64,000 nt of DNA from Cetorhinus maximus. Its lineage: Eukaryota. The notes beneath the pieces were generated by a model. The model was given only the letters and a program-made list of their open reading frames with translations. It did no database searches and was not told the DNA's origin. Positions 63,924 to 64,000 of the stretch are shown here, one piece after another (within the stretch, counting starts at the first letter, position 1; each line of letters opens with the position of its first letter). The stretch spans positions 150,536,001-150,600,000 of the forward strand of contig NC_135881.1 in assembly GCF_964194155.1 (NCBI RefSeq). Direction: 5' to 3'. The position numbers were made by a program, and so were the translations under genes.

Positions 63924-64000
63924 ACTATGTTGTTTGCTGTGCTTTACTGCAATGGTGGCAGAAGCAGATGTTAAAACTGGTATAAAAATCAGGAGATAAG

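Overview
Eukaryotic, repeat-dense, probably intronic or intergenic DNA. The repeat set (DeuSINE/SacSINE1-like SINEs, CR1 LINEs, Penelope-type tails) suggests a cartilaginous fish; this is inference. No intact host gene is recognisable, only weak minus-strand exon candidates. The window holds nested mobile elements: many CR1-group LINE fragments; two young, near-identical Tx1/L1-clade insertions with perfect 15-16 bp TSDs; a two-LTR Gypsy element; a GalEa-like Copia remnant; a solo LTR; several decayed PIF/Harbinger transposons (DDE transposase plus intron-containing Myb/SANT gene); and at least 8 copies of one Harbinger-linked MITE with three internal hairpins. The most unusual observations are: (1) the Gypsy element at 15667-19738 has RT replaced by a coiled-coil segment resembling host UACA/RAI14; (2) both its LTRs end in a 31-bp tandem array of 'LTR end + PBS' units; (3) the MITE shares its terminus with a local Harbinger and its hairpins co-vary between copies; (4) minimal hammerhead-ribozyme motifs occur in Penelope-derived repeats. 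Family names come from recalled motifs, not database searches, and most boundaries without a TSD are approximate.
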